Origin: Prosthecobacter sp. | Lineage (GTDB): Bacteria > Verrucomicrobiota > Verrucomicrobiia > Chthoniobacterales > Chthoniobacteraceae | Assembly (NCBI GenBank): GCA_043779225.1 | Contig: JAYWEO010000227.1 | Location: forward strand, 1-37,512 | Length of the DNA stretch: 37,512 bases | Direction of reading: 5' to 3' | Shown: piece after piece, positions 16,348 to 24,162 of the stretch | Layout of the letters: each line of letters begins with the position of its first letter | Numbering within the stretch: position 1 is the stretch's first letter | Notes under the pieces: generated by a model | Database searches by the model: none | What the model saw: the letters and a program-made list of their open reading frames with translations, nothing else | What the model was told of the DNA's origin: nothing | Made by a program: the position numbers and the translations under genes

Positions 16348-18594
16348 TCAGGGCGCCTCAGGCTTCCTGATCCCGCCGGGCACAGGAGGCGGCGTGGGAA
16401 CGGGCAACGCAGGGACAGGCGCAGGCATTGATTCAGGCTTTACCACAGATGCGGGCGGCACCACTTCGGGCTTGCGTTCGGGCTTGATGACTGGCGCAGG
16501 CGGAGCGGCCGGTGCGGGTGCGGCTGGCGGGACCACCACGGGCTTCGGTTCAGTTTTGACGGCGGGCGTCGGTGGCACGATCTCCGGCTTGCGTTCAGGC
16601 TTTATGACCGACGCAGGCGGAACTGCCGGCTCAGGCGCGGGAACGGGAACGGGCGGGATCACGACGGGCTTTGGTGCCGAGATGATCAATGGCGCAGATG
16701 GATTGGCTGGAACGGGTACGGGCACGATGACCTCTGGCTTACGCTCGGGCTTGGAGCCCGATGCGAACGGCGCGGGAACTGGCGGGGCAACCGGCGGAGC
16801 CGCAGCGGGCTTCGGCTCAGGTTTGACAACGGGCACGGCTGGCTCGACCTCCGGCTTCTTATGCTCAGGTTTGACGACCGGTGCAGGCGGTGCCGCCGGT
16901 GCGGGTGCAGGAACCGGGGGGACAATTGCTGGCGTGGTCTCGGGCTTGGCAAGGGGCGCAGGCGGCACGGGTGCGGCCACTGGCGGGATCACCGAGGGCT
17001 TTGGCTCAGGTTTGACGACGGGCACGACCGGCGCTGCCTCCGGCCTTTTGCGCTCAGGTTTGACGACCGGTGCAGGTGGAAGTGAAGGCGCGGGAATTGG
17101 TGCAATCGGAACGACCGCTGGATTCTGCACAGGCTGCAGAGTTTGCGCAGGAGGAATGACCGGCGCAGGCGGCGTGGCAGCCGCCGCAGGTGCCGGCTGC
17201 CTCGGTCGCAGACCTCCCGGCTCAGGCGGAACCATTCCGGGCTTCGGCACCCCGTGACGAATGCCCGGTGGCGCAGTCACCGGCGAGGCAACGGGAGTCT
17301 GTGGCACATTGCGTGGCGCTGTCGGCGGAGGGGCCACGATCACGCCGGAGCGCTGCCTTGCCTCAAGCTGGCGCGCTTCGGTCGCATTCTTTTCACGGAT
17401 CCGCGCCTGCATGTCAGGCGGTATTTCCTTCCATCCCCTGTTCACCTCGTAAGGCTCGCGGGATCTCACCTGCCTGGGCTTTGTCTGCAATTGATGGAGC
17501 AGCGCAGGCGCAAAAATGGAAAGCACTCCCGCGGCGGTCGCCGTCGGGTGCTCATGCGGATTCCCCGCTTCGATTCGATGAACCTTGAACGTCGCCACAG
17601 GTGCCGCCCCTGGCCCGCTCACCGATGCAAGGCTCGGCCCTTCATTCACAATCACTGTCTGCTGATTCATCTGCTGGTAAGAGATGTTCGTCACGTTCTC
17701 AGTCTCCGCGACGATCCGCCCATTCCGATCCGGGTCGATCCCTCGCCCCACGTATGAATTTCCACCGATGAAATTCCGACGCGTCACGAAGACGTAGCTG
17801 CCCGCGCCGATGTCGTAGTAATCATCCACGGCAAAATTGAATCCGTTCGGGCTGTATGCCTCCGGCGGCAGCGGCGCCCAGCCGACATAGTCCTCATTCG
17901 CGCGCCACGCGACCCACGCCGGGGCCCATTCGCTGCCGGGCACCCAGACCCATCCGCGTTTGTTCAGGCGAATCCAGCGCCCGTAGTGATACGTCGCCCA
18001 GCCGAAGGGCTCGTTGGATTTCCACACCCAGCCCTGATCGCTGCGCAGCCACGAGCCGTCCACGTACGGCCGCCAGTCCCGATCCCTCGCCACCGTCGGA
18101 TGAAAGACGAAGCCATATCCCTCGACCTCCAGCCAGTCGCCATATGGATCGAGCTGATCGTAAAAAAGATCGAGCGTCCGCCTGTCGGCAGCAGGCCGCA
18201 CATCACGCATGCGAGCACGTTCGCGCGCCTCCTCGGCCTGCCGCGCAGATTGCGCACGGGCATCCGCGATTCTCTGCTCCTCGGCCTTGAGAGCCTGCTG
18301 CCTGAGCTGGAACCGCTCTGCCTCCGCCGCCTTCTGCGTCGCGGTGAGCTGCGCCATCTGCGCTTCGAGTGCATCGCGGTCAGCGGCAAGTTTCCGTGCC
18401 GCCTCGTCGTTCGCGGCCATCTGCTGCGCGGCGAGATCCTCGGCGGCCTTCAGTTTTGCCGCACGCTCCTGCTCTTCCAGCTTCGCCTGAAGCTCCGCAT
18501 TTTTGCGCTGGAGATCGTCCACTGCGGAATTTTTCTGATCACATCCGGCAAGCGTGACCATCAATGCGGCGGCGAGGAACAGGTGCGTTTTCAT
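16348..18594 (-). CDS. lipoprotein: N-terminal coiled coil, Trp-rich (DUF6600-like) domain, C-terminal Pro-rich KPE-repeat region
   Basis: Start moved to M25 of track ORF 16348..18666 (MKTHLFLAAALMVTLAGC lipobox, CAT at 18592-18594). There is an Ala/Gln/Glu-rich heptad-like stretch. The central PFGWATYHYGRWIRLNKRGWVWVPGSEWAPAWVAWR is followed by a 242-aa Pro-rich tail. Confidence 0.8.
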   Translation of the reverse strand: MKTHLFLAAALMVTLAGCDQKNSAVDDLQRKNAELQAKLEEQERAAKLKAAEDLAAQQMAANDEAARKLAADRDALEAQMAQLTATQKAAEAERFQLRQQALKAEEQRIADARAQSARQAEEARERARMRDVRPAADRRTLDLFYDQLDPYGDWLEVEGYGFVFHPTVARDRDWRPYVDGSWLRSDQGWVWKSNEPFGWATYHYGRWIRLNKRGWVWVPGSEWAPAWVAWRANEDYVGWAPLPPEAYSPNGFNFAVDDYYDIGAGSYVFVTRRNFIGGNSYVGRGIDPDRNGRIVAETENVTNISYQQMNQQTVIVNEGPSLASVSGPGAAPVATFKVHRIEAGNPHEHPTATAAGVLSIFAPALLHQLQTKPRQVRSREPYEVNRGWKEIPPDMQARIREKNATEARQLEARQRSGVIVAPPPTAPRNVPQTPVASPVTAPPGIRHGVPKPGMVPPEPGGLRPRQPAPAAAATPPAPVIPPAQTLQPVQNPAVVPIAPIPAPSLPPAPVVKPERKRPEAAPVVPVVKPEPKPSVIPPVAAPVPPAPLAKPETTPAIVPPVPAPAPAAPPAPVVKPEHKKPEVEPAVPVVKPEPKPAAAPPVAPPVPAPFASGSKPERKPEVIVPVPVPANPSAPLIISAPKPVVIPPVPVPAPEPAVPPASVIKPERKPEIVPPTPAVKTEPKPVVVPPAAPAPAAPPAPVIKPERKPEVVPPASVVKPESMPAPVPALPVPTPPPVPGGIRKPEAP
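16351..17076 (-). repeat. degenerate in-frame tandem repeats encoding KPE(R/H)K(R/K)PE ... VKPEPKP units
   Basis: Five KPE(R/H)K..PE copies and three VK(P/T)EPKP copies are spaced 40-63 aa apart. The DNA word GGCTT(G/A)CG(T/C)TC(G/A)GGCTT recurs near 16470, 16586 and 16735 (approximate positions), with related words near 16853 and 17042. Confidence 0.7.
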
Positions 18595-18723
18595 CAGTAT
18601 GTGCAGGACAGGATGCAGGATTCGACCGAATCGCCAGAAGGTTATTCGATCTTTCCCAGCGCCCATCTCATCGCACCGCGCGAGGAAAAGGACTCACCTA
18701 TTTCGAGCTGGCCCGAAATGCGG

Positions 18724-21507
18724 TCAGACCTCGAAAGCTTTCCGCACGAGCTGCGCCTGCTCGATGTCGCTCACCTTTTTCGAGCCGACTCCGGTGCTCG
18801 CCCCCTCGTCGCGTCCGGCGTAAAATGGGCTTTGACCGGCGATGTGACGCAGGTGCGGCGCGAGGTAACGCCACGCGCCCATGTTCTCCGGCTCCTCCTG
18901 GCACCAGACGAATTTTTTCGCCTTCGGATACTTCGCGATGGCATCCCTGATCGCCTGCTCGTGCAGCGGATAGAGCTGCTCCACACGCACGAATGCCGTG
19001 CGGCTGATCTGGTTTTCGTCGCGGAATTTGATCAGATCGTGGAAGACTTTTCCCGAGCTGAAAATGATGCGCGTCACATCCTCGGCCTTGCCGTTCAGGC
19101 ATTCCGTCCCGTCGAACACCTCGCGGAAACGGCCTTCCGTGAAGTCGCTCAGCTTCGATGCCGCCGCATCCAGACGGAGCATGGACTTCGGCGTCATGAG
19201 CACGAGCGGTTTGCGAAAATTGCGCATCATCTGCCTGCGCAGAATGTGAAAATACTGCGCCGAAGTCGTGAGGTTCGCGACCTGGATATTTTCCTCCGCG
19301 CAGAGCTGCAGGAATCGCTCCAGCCTCGCGCTGGAATGCTCCGGGCCCTGTCCCTCATAACCGTGCGGCAGCAGCAGTACGATGCCGCTCGGCCTCTGCC
19401 ACTTGCTCTCCGCGCTCACGATGAACTGATCAATGATCACCTGCGCACCATTCGCAAAATCGCCGAACTGCGCCTCCCACTGGCAGAGCATGTTTTCGTA
19501 ATTCAGCGAGTAGCCATAGTCGAAGCCAAGCACCGCGGCCTCGCTGAGCAGCGAATTGTAGATGCAGATCTTTCCCTGCTTGCCGGGCTCGATCAGATCG
19601 AGCGGGCACCAGCGCTGCCGCGTATTCACGTCGTAGTAAAAGGCGTGCCGCTGGCTGAAGGTGCCGCGACGCACATCCTGTCCGCTGAGGCGCACGTGCT
19701 TTCCTTCAAGCAAAAGCGAGCCCCAAGCGAGCGCCTCGGCAGTGGCCCAGTCGAAGCCTTCGCCTCGCTCAAAGGCCTGCCTGCGCTTGTCGAGCACGAA
19801 GGTCTTCACGCGCGGATGGATGTTGAATCCCTCGGGCACCGTGGTGATGCCCGCGATGATTTTTCCGAGCACGTCTTTCGCGACCGAAGTGTCCACGGTG
19901 GCATGCGAATACGGCGGCTGGTTGACGAAGGTGCTGCCTTCGAGTCTTGCGAGTTTTTTCTCGTGGCCCTGCCTGGTATCCTTTGGTGCGGCCTGCGCGG
20001 CAGCGAGTTCCTGCTCCAGCAGTGCCCAGATTTTTTTCTGCTCGGCCATCGCAGTCTCCTCGCTGAGCACGCCGGCGGCGGTGAGACGATCCATGAAGAC
20101 TTTCCCGATCTGCGGATGAGTGGAAATCTCGCGATACATGTCCGGGCTGGTGAATGCCGGCTCGTCCGTCTCGTTGTGGCCGTGGCGGCGGTAGCACACG
20201 AGATCCACGACGGCATCGCGCTTGAACTGCTGACGAAACTCGAAGGCCAGCTCGGTGCAGAAGCGCACCGCGAGCGGGTTGTCGCCATTCACATGGAAGA
20301 CGGGAGCCTCGACCATTTTCGCGACGTCCGTGCAGTACTGCGACGAGCGCGCATCCGCCGGCAGTGTGGTGAATCCGATCTGGTTGTTCGTGACGATGTG
20401 GATCGTGCCGCCGACGCGGTAGCCTTGGAGCTGCGACATGTTCAGCACCTCGGCGACGATCCCCTGCCCGGCCATCGCCGCATCGCCGTGGACCAGGATC
20501 GGGACGACCGTTGAGCGCTCCACCAAGTCGCCGCGATGCCGCTGGCGCGCGCGCGTCATTCCGATGACGACGGGGTTCACGGCTTCCAGATGGCTCGGGT
20601 TTGCGCTCAGGCGCACTTCGATTTTCGCACCCGTGGGCAGCACTTCGCGTGTGTTCACGTAGCCGAGGTGATACTTCACATCGCCATCGCCGTACACGGA
20701 ATCCGGGACAAAATTCGGATCAAACTCGCGGAACATCAGACCGTACGGCTTGCGCAGAAACTGCACGATGATCGCCAGCCGTCCGCGATGCGCCATGCCC
20801 ATCGTGATTTCGTGGACACCGAGGCGCGGGCAATTTTCCAGCACCGCATCGAGTGCGGAAATGAGCGACTCGCCGCCCTCGATGCTGAAGCGCTTCTGTC
20901 CCTTGTAGGCGACCGTGTGCAGGAATTTCTCGAACGACTCGATCTCGTGGATATGCCGCAGCATCCGCGCCTTGGTGTCCGCGTCCACGCTCCATTGCGA
21001 GCGGTTCTCGATGCGCTCGCGGAGCCAGTTGCGCACCCGCGGATTCGTGATGTGCATGAACTCGAAGCCGATGTCGTCGCAATAGATGGACTCCAGCCGG
21101 GCGAGCAGATCGCGCAGCTTCATCGGCTCGCCGCCGAGGAAATATTTTGAGGTCACGGCGAGATCCATGTCCTTCTCGGAAAAGCCGAGTTCACGGAGGC
21201 TCAGCAGATCATTCTGGGGACGCTGCGTCGCGAGCGGGTTTGTCCACGCGATGGAATGGCCGAGCGTGCGATAGGCATACACGAGCCCGTCCACGCGCGT
21301 CTGCAGCGAGGCGTCGCCCTTCACCTGCGGCGCGGCTGAGGCGCCGTTTGTTCCAGCCGCACTGTGCTCGAACTTTGCGTAGCCGAGGTGAAAGCCCTCG
21401 CAGAAACCGCGGAGCGACGGCTCGACGGAGCCTGGATCCTTCAGCCATCGCTGGTAGGTTTCCTCGAGAAGTTCCGCATTTTCGCGGGGTGCAAAATTCA
21501 TGGCCAT
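18724..21507 (-). CDS. sucA: 2-oxoglutarate dehydrogenase E1 component
   Basis: 927 aa. It has the ThDP-binding region HGDAAMAGQGIV, plus HGYEGQGPEHSSARLERFLQL and FVWCQEEPENMGAW. It is collinear along its full length with SucA. Confidence 0.95.
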   Translation of the reverse strand: MAMNFAPRENAELLEETYQRWLKDPGSVEPSLRGFCEGFHLGYAKFEHSAAGTNGASAAPQVKGDASLQTRVDGLVYAYRTLGHSIAWTNPLATQRPQNDLLSLRELGFSEKDMDLAVTSKYFLGGEPMKLRDLLARLESIYCDDIGFEFMHITNPRVRNWLRERIENRSQWSVDADTKARMLRHIHEIESFEKFLHTVAYKGQKRFSIEGGESLISALDAVLENCPRLGVHEITMGMAHRGRLAIIVQFLRKPYGLMFREFDPNFVPDSVYGDGDVKYHLGYVNTREVLPTGAKIEVRLSANPSHLEAVNPVVIGMTRARQRHRGDLVERSTVVPILVHGDAAMAGQGIVAEVLNMSQLQGYRVGGTIHIVTNNQIGFTTLPADARSSQYCTDVAKMVEAPVFHVNGDNPLAVRFCTELAFEFRQQFKRDAVVDLVCYRRHGHNETDEPAFTSPDMYREISTHPQIGKVFMDRLTAAGVLSEETAMAEQKKIWALLEQELAAAQAAPKDTRQGHEKKLARLEGSTFVNQPPYSHATVDTSVAKDVLGKIIAGITTVPEGFNIHPRVKTFVLDKRRQAFERGEGFDWATAEALAWGSLLLEGKHVRLSGQDVRRGTFSQRHAFYYDVNTRQRWCPLDLIEPGKQGKICIYNSLLSEAAVLGFDYGYSLNYENMLCQWEAQFGDFANGAQVIIDQFIVSAESKWQRPSGIVLLLPHGYEGQGPEHSSARLERFLQLCAEENIQVANLTTSAQYFHILRRQMMRNFRKPLVLMTPKSMLRLDAAASKLSDFTEGRFREVFDGTECLNGKAEDVTRIIFSSGKVFHDLIKFRDENQISRTAFVRVEQLYPLHEQAIRDAIAKYPKAKKFVWCQEEPENMGAWRYLAPHLRHIAGQSPFYAGRDEGASTGVGSKKVSDIEQAQLVRKAFEV

Positions 21508-21590
21508 TATTGTCAGATGTAGAAGATGAACCGTCGCAGGGCACCTTCACGGGGCACCCTGCGGCCTGCGCGCCGGTGGCGGCAAATTTG

Positions 21591-22010
21591 TCAGTGTTGC
21601 CCGAAGAGTTTTCCGAGGCCGCCCTGCAGCAGTGAGGCAAGTCCGCCCTGCAGTTGCGCACCCTCGATGGGCTGGCCGTTCGGGGTGAGCTTGTCCACCA
21701 CCTGCGGCAGGATTTGCGCAATCTGCGCCGAGATCTGGCTCGGGTCGATCCCGGTCTGCGAAGCGATCTGCCGGAGCTGATCCGGGCCGAAAACCTGCTC
21801 GATGTGCTGTGGCGTCGCGGGCGGATTCGGGCCCGAGCTGACCCATCCTTTCATCAGATCGCCGAGACCGTTGGCGCTGAACTTCTGCAACAGCCCGCCG
21901 ATGCCGTCATTGCCGGTGACGAGGCCGGAGACAGCGCTCATCAGGCTACTTTGCTGATTGTTGCTGAGCCCGCCGAGGAGTGAGCTGAGGAGACCGTCGA
22001 GGAGACCCAT
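21591..22010 (-). CDS. YidB-family (DUF937) protein
   Basis: Start at M13 of the track ORF (MGLLDGLLSSLLGG). GGLLQKFSANGLGDLMKGWVSSGPNPPATPQHIEQVFG and ILPQVVDKLTPNGQ are typical of the family. Confidence 0.8.
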   Translation of the reverse strand: MGLLDGLLSSLLGGLSNNQQSSLMSAVSGLVTGNDGIGGLLQKFSANGLGDLMKGWVSSGPNPPATPQHIEQVFGPDQLRQIASQTGIDPSQISAQIAQILPQVVDKLTPNGQPIEGAQLQGGLASLLQGGLGKLFGQH

Positions 22011-22091
22011 GGGATGTGTGTGTTGGTTGTTAAAGTGAACGGGCACGCTAACGGTGTCGCTGCGAAATGCAATCTCCGCACGTGGCCGCCG

Positions 22092-22529
22092 TCACTCCTC
22101 GCTTTCATCACGCGCATCGCCGCGCGGGTAGCGCACCATGGATGTGAAGCGGTGCGGTCCAAAGCCGAACGGGCGGTAAAAGTCCTGGGCGTCCTTGGTG
22201 AACAGATCGATGCGGCACCCGCGGAGTTCGGGATGACCGAGGATTTTCCCGAGCATCCACTGCCCGATCCCGTGCCCGCGCTGCTCCTCGCCGATCACAA
22301 AGTCGCACAGGTAGCCGACAGTCGCGGCATCCGTGACCACTCTGGCAAAGCCCGCGAGTTTTCCATCCCGGAGCAGTGCAAAGGACAGCGAGCGCCGCAC
22401 ACTTCTTTCGATCACTTCGCGTCCGCGTGTCTCCGCCCAATACGTGCCCCAGAGCAGCGAGCATAGCTCCGCAAAATCAATCCGATCCGGGTCATCGGTC
22501 AGCGTGAAGTCGTCGTGTGTCCATTCCAT
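22092..22529 (-). CDS. GNAT-family N-acetyltransferase
   Basis: This is the C-terminal 145 aa of track ORF 22092..23117, starting at MEWTHDDF (coordinate derived from the track frame). It has the acetyl-CoA motif EEQRGHGIGQWML. The upstream part of the long ORF is antisense to the PhzF gene. Confidence 0.8.
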   Translation of the reverse strand: MEWTHDDFTLTDDPDRIDFAELCSLLWGTYWAETRGREVIERSVRRSLSFALLRDGKLAGFARVVTDAATVGYLCDFVIGEEQRGHGIGQWMLGKILGHPELRGCRIDLFTKDAQDFYRPFGFGPHRFTSMVRYPRGDARDESEE

Positions 22530-22622
22530 GCGCGCCGACGCTGCAGCATGGCGATTCACGCGTCCATCATGCAAAACAACACGGCGATTGCGCTGAACAT
22601 CCGATCTGAGACAGTGCGCGGG

Positions 22623-23408
22623 ATGAGAGTTCCCTATTTCCAAGTGGATGCATTCAGTGACCGGGCATTCGGCGGAAATCCGGCTGGCGTGTGCCTGCTC
22701 GAGCGCTGGATTCCAGACATAGTGCTCCAGCAGGTCGCCGAGGAGAACAACCTCTCCGAGACTGCATTCCTCGTCGGCAGCGGCGGCTCGTGGGAATTGC
22801 GCTGGTTCACGCCAACTGTCGAAGTGGACCTTTGCGGACATGCCACGCTCGCCGCGGCATTTGTGATTTTCACCGAGCTTGGCCATGTCGGCACGGAGGT
22901 GCGGTTCCAGACCGCCAGCGGCGAGCTTTGCACGACCTTTGAAGATCGCGTGGTGATGATGGATTTCCCCTCCCGTCCCGGCGAACCGTGCGCCGCACCG
23001 GCGGGGCTCATCAGCGGCCTCGGGCACATCCCGCGCGATGTGCTCAAAAGCCGCGACTTCCTCGCAGTCCTCGGCAGCGAGGAGGAAGTGCGCACGCTCA
23101 CGCCTGATCTCCAGCACCTCGCCACGCTCGACTGCCTCGGGATCATCGCCACGGCGCGCGGCAGCGATGTGGATTTTGTCTCACGATTCTTCGCGCCGCG
23201 CGCGGGCATCGCAGAAGATCCAGTGACCGGCTCGGCGCACTGCACGCTCATCCCGTATTGGGCGGAAAAGCTCGGCAAGCAGCGGCTCCTCGCACGCCAG
23301 CTTTCGCGCCGCGGCGGCATCCTGCGTTGCGAGATGCGCGGCGATCGCGTCGGCATCGGGGGCAGTGCCGCACTCTACAGCCGCGCGCAGATCCAGCTTC
23401 CGGATTGA
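22623..23408 (+). CDS. PhzF-family isomerase
   Basis: Start at M37 of the track ORF (ATG 22623). Motifs present: FQVDAFSDRAFGGNPAGV, RWFTPTVEVDLCGHATLA and EDPVTGSAHC. Confidence 0.88.
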   Translation: MRVPYFQVDAFSDRAFGGNPAGVCLLERWIPDIVLQQVAEENNLSETAFLVGSGGSWELRWFTPTVEVDLCGHATLAAAFVIFTELGHVGTEVRFQTASGELCTTFEDRVVMMDFPSRPGEPCAAPAGLISGLGHIPRDVLKSRDFLAVLGSEEEVRTLTPDLQHLATLDCLGIIATARGSDVDFVSRFFAPRAGIAEDPVTGSAHCTLIPYWAEKLGKQRLLARQLSRRGGILRCEMRGDRVGIGGSAALYSRAQIQLPD

Positions 23409-23430
23409 GCGCAGTCCGACGCAAAAAGAA

Positions 23431-23462
23431 AGCGCCGCACCCACTTTTGCAGATGCGGCGCT
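23431..23462 (-). terminator. intrinsic terminator for the small EF-hand gene (hairpin shared with the convergent PhzF gene)
   Basis: A 9-bp stem (AGCGCCGCA / TGCGGCGCT) with a 14-nt loop. On the minus transcript it is followed by UUCUUUUUG. There is no U run on the plus side. Confidence 0.6.
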
Positions 23463-23484
23463 GAATGATTCAGGAAAGAATGAC

Positions 23485-23775
23485 TTACTTGGCTTTCTTG
23501 CCGTGCGCCATGAACTCTTCCTTCGTGAGTTTGCCGTCCTTGTTCGCGTCCTTCTTGTCAAAGGCGGCTTCGGCCTTGGCCTTGTCCTTGGCGTGCGCGG
23601 TGAATTCCTCCTTCGTGACGGATTCCTTGCCGCCGGACATTTTGGCCCATGCCGCTTCCGGATCGGGCTTCTTCTTTTCGCCTTCGGGCTTCTTGGCGTC
23701 GGCGGGTGCGTCGGCGGCCTGGGCAAACACGGCGCTGAGGGCCAGCGCGGCAATGGCAGTGATGATGCGTTTCAT
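23485..23775 (-). CDS. small secreted EF-hand protein
   Basis: Start at M29 of the track ORF (MKRIITAIAALALSAVFAQA signal peptide). It has a single canonical EF loop DANKDGKLTKEE and is Lys/Glu/Ala-rich. Confidence 0.7.
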   Translation of the reverse strand: MKRIITAIAALALSAVFAQAADAPADAKKPEGEKKKPDPEAAWAKMSGGKESVTKEEFTAHAKDKAKAEAAFDKKDANKDGKLTKEEFMAHGKKAK

Positions 23776-24162
23776 TTTCGTTTTTGGGGTTGGGTTGATG
23801 TTGATGCCTGCGCCTCCGCCTGTGGGCGACTGCGCGTTGAGCCCGGAAGTGTGACCCATGCATCCTTTTTATGGCAACAGACATATTTGTGGAAAACTCA
23901 CCCGCCGTTGTCCCAAATGCACAGGCACCGGCTATCCCACCTTCCTGCGGCCTTGGGTGGCAGAAAACTATTCCTTCCCATTTTGCGGTTCCCAGCCTCT
24001 TCTGTGGCGCTCCAAAACTTGAAAACCGAATCCTCAACCGGGCAGCCGCTTGCCGCTCCCCGCATCGGGCACACCCCCGGCCCGTCTGCCTCGCAAATTC
24101 CGCCATCCATCGTGCGCTGAGGCTTTGCCGCGCTTTGGAAGACTGTCATTCGCATTTGAAAT

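Noticed and set aside
16394-17257. 287-aa Gly/Thr/Ala-rich ORF on the + strand
   Set aside because: It is the mirror image of the Pro-rich repeat tail (CCN codons read as GGN on the opposite strand). The minus frame is continuous with a lipobox-bearing N-terminus, so the minus strand is taken as coding.
16351-17260. Possible CRISPR-like or other non-coding tandem array
   Set aside because: The repeats are degenerate, irregularly spaced and lie in an open reading frame encoding Pro-rich peptide units. There is no repeat-spacer architecture and there are no cas genes.
17986-20514. 842-aa ORF on the + strand
   Set aside because: It is entirely antisense to sucA and the 5' part of the lipoprotein gene. 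Its composition is Arg/Leu/His-rich, typical of high-GC shadow frames, and it has no recognisable motifs, whereas the minus frame encodes a textbook E1o.
22530-23117. N-terminal extension of track ORF 22092..23117
   Set aside because: It is antisense to the PhzF-family gene and has no GNAT-related sequence. The GNAT domain starts at MEWTHDDF.
23776-24162. ydaO-type c-di-AMP riboswitch upstream of the APC-type permease
   Set aside because: I could not find the conserved cores (GGGGACCCA, GGGGUGAAUC, CAGCUAACC-like) by eye. Only an Infernal scan could settle it, so it is reported as an unexplained long leader.
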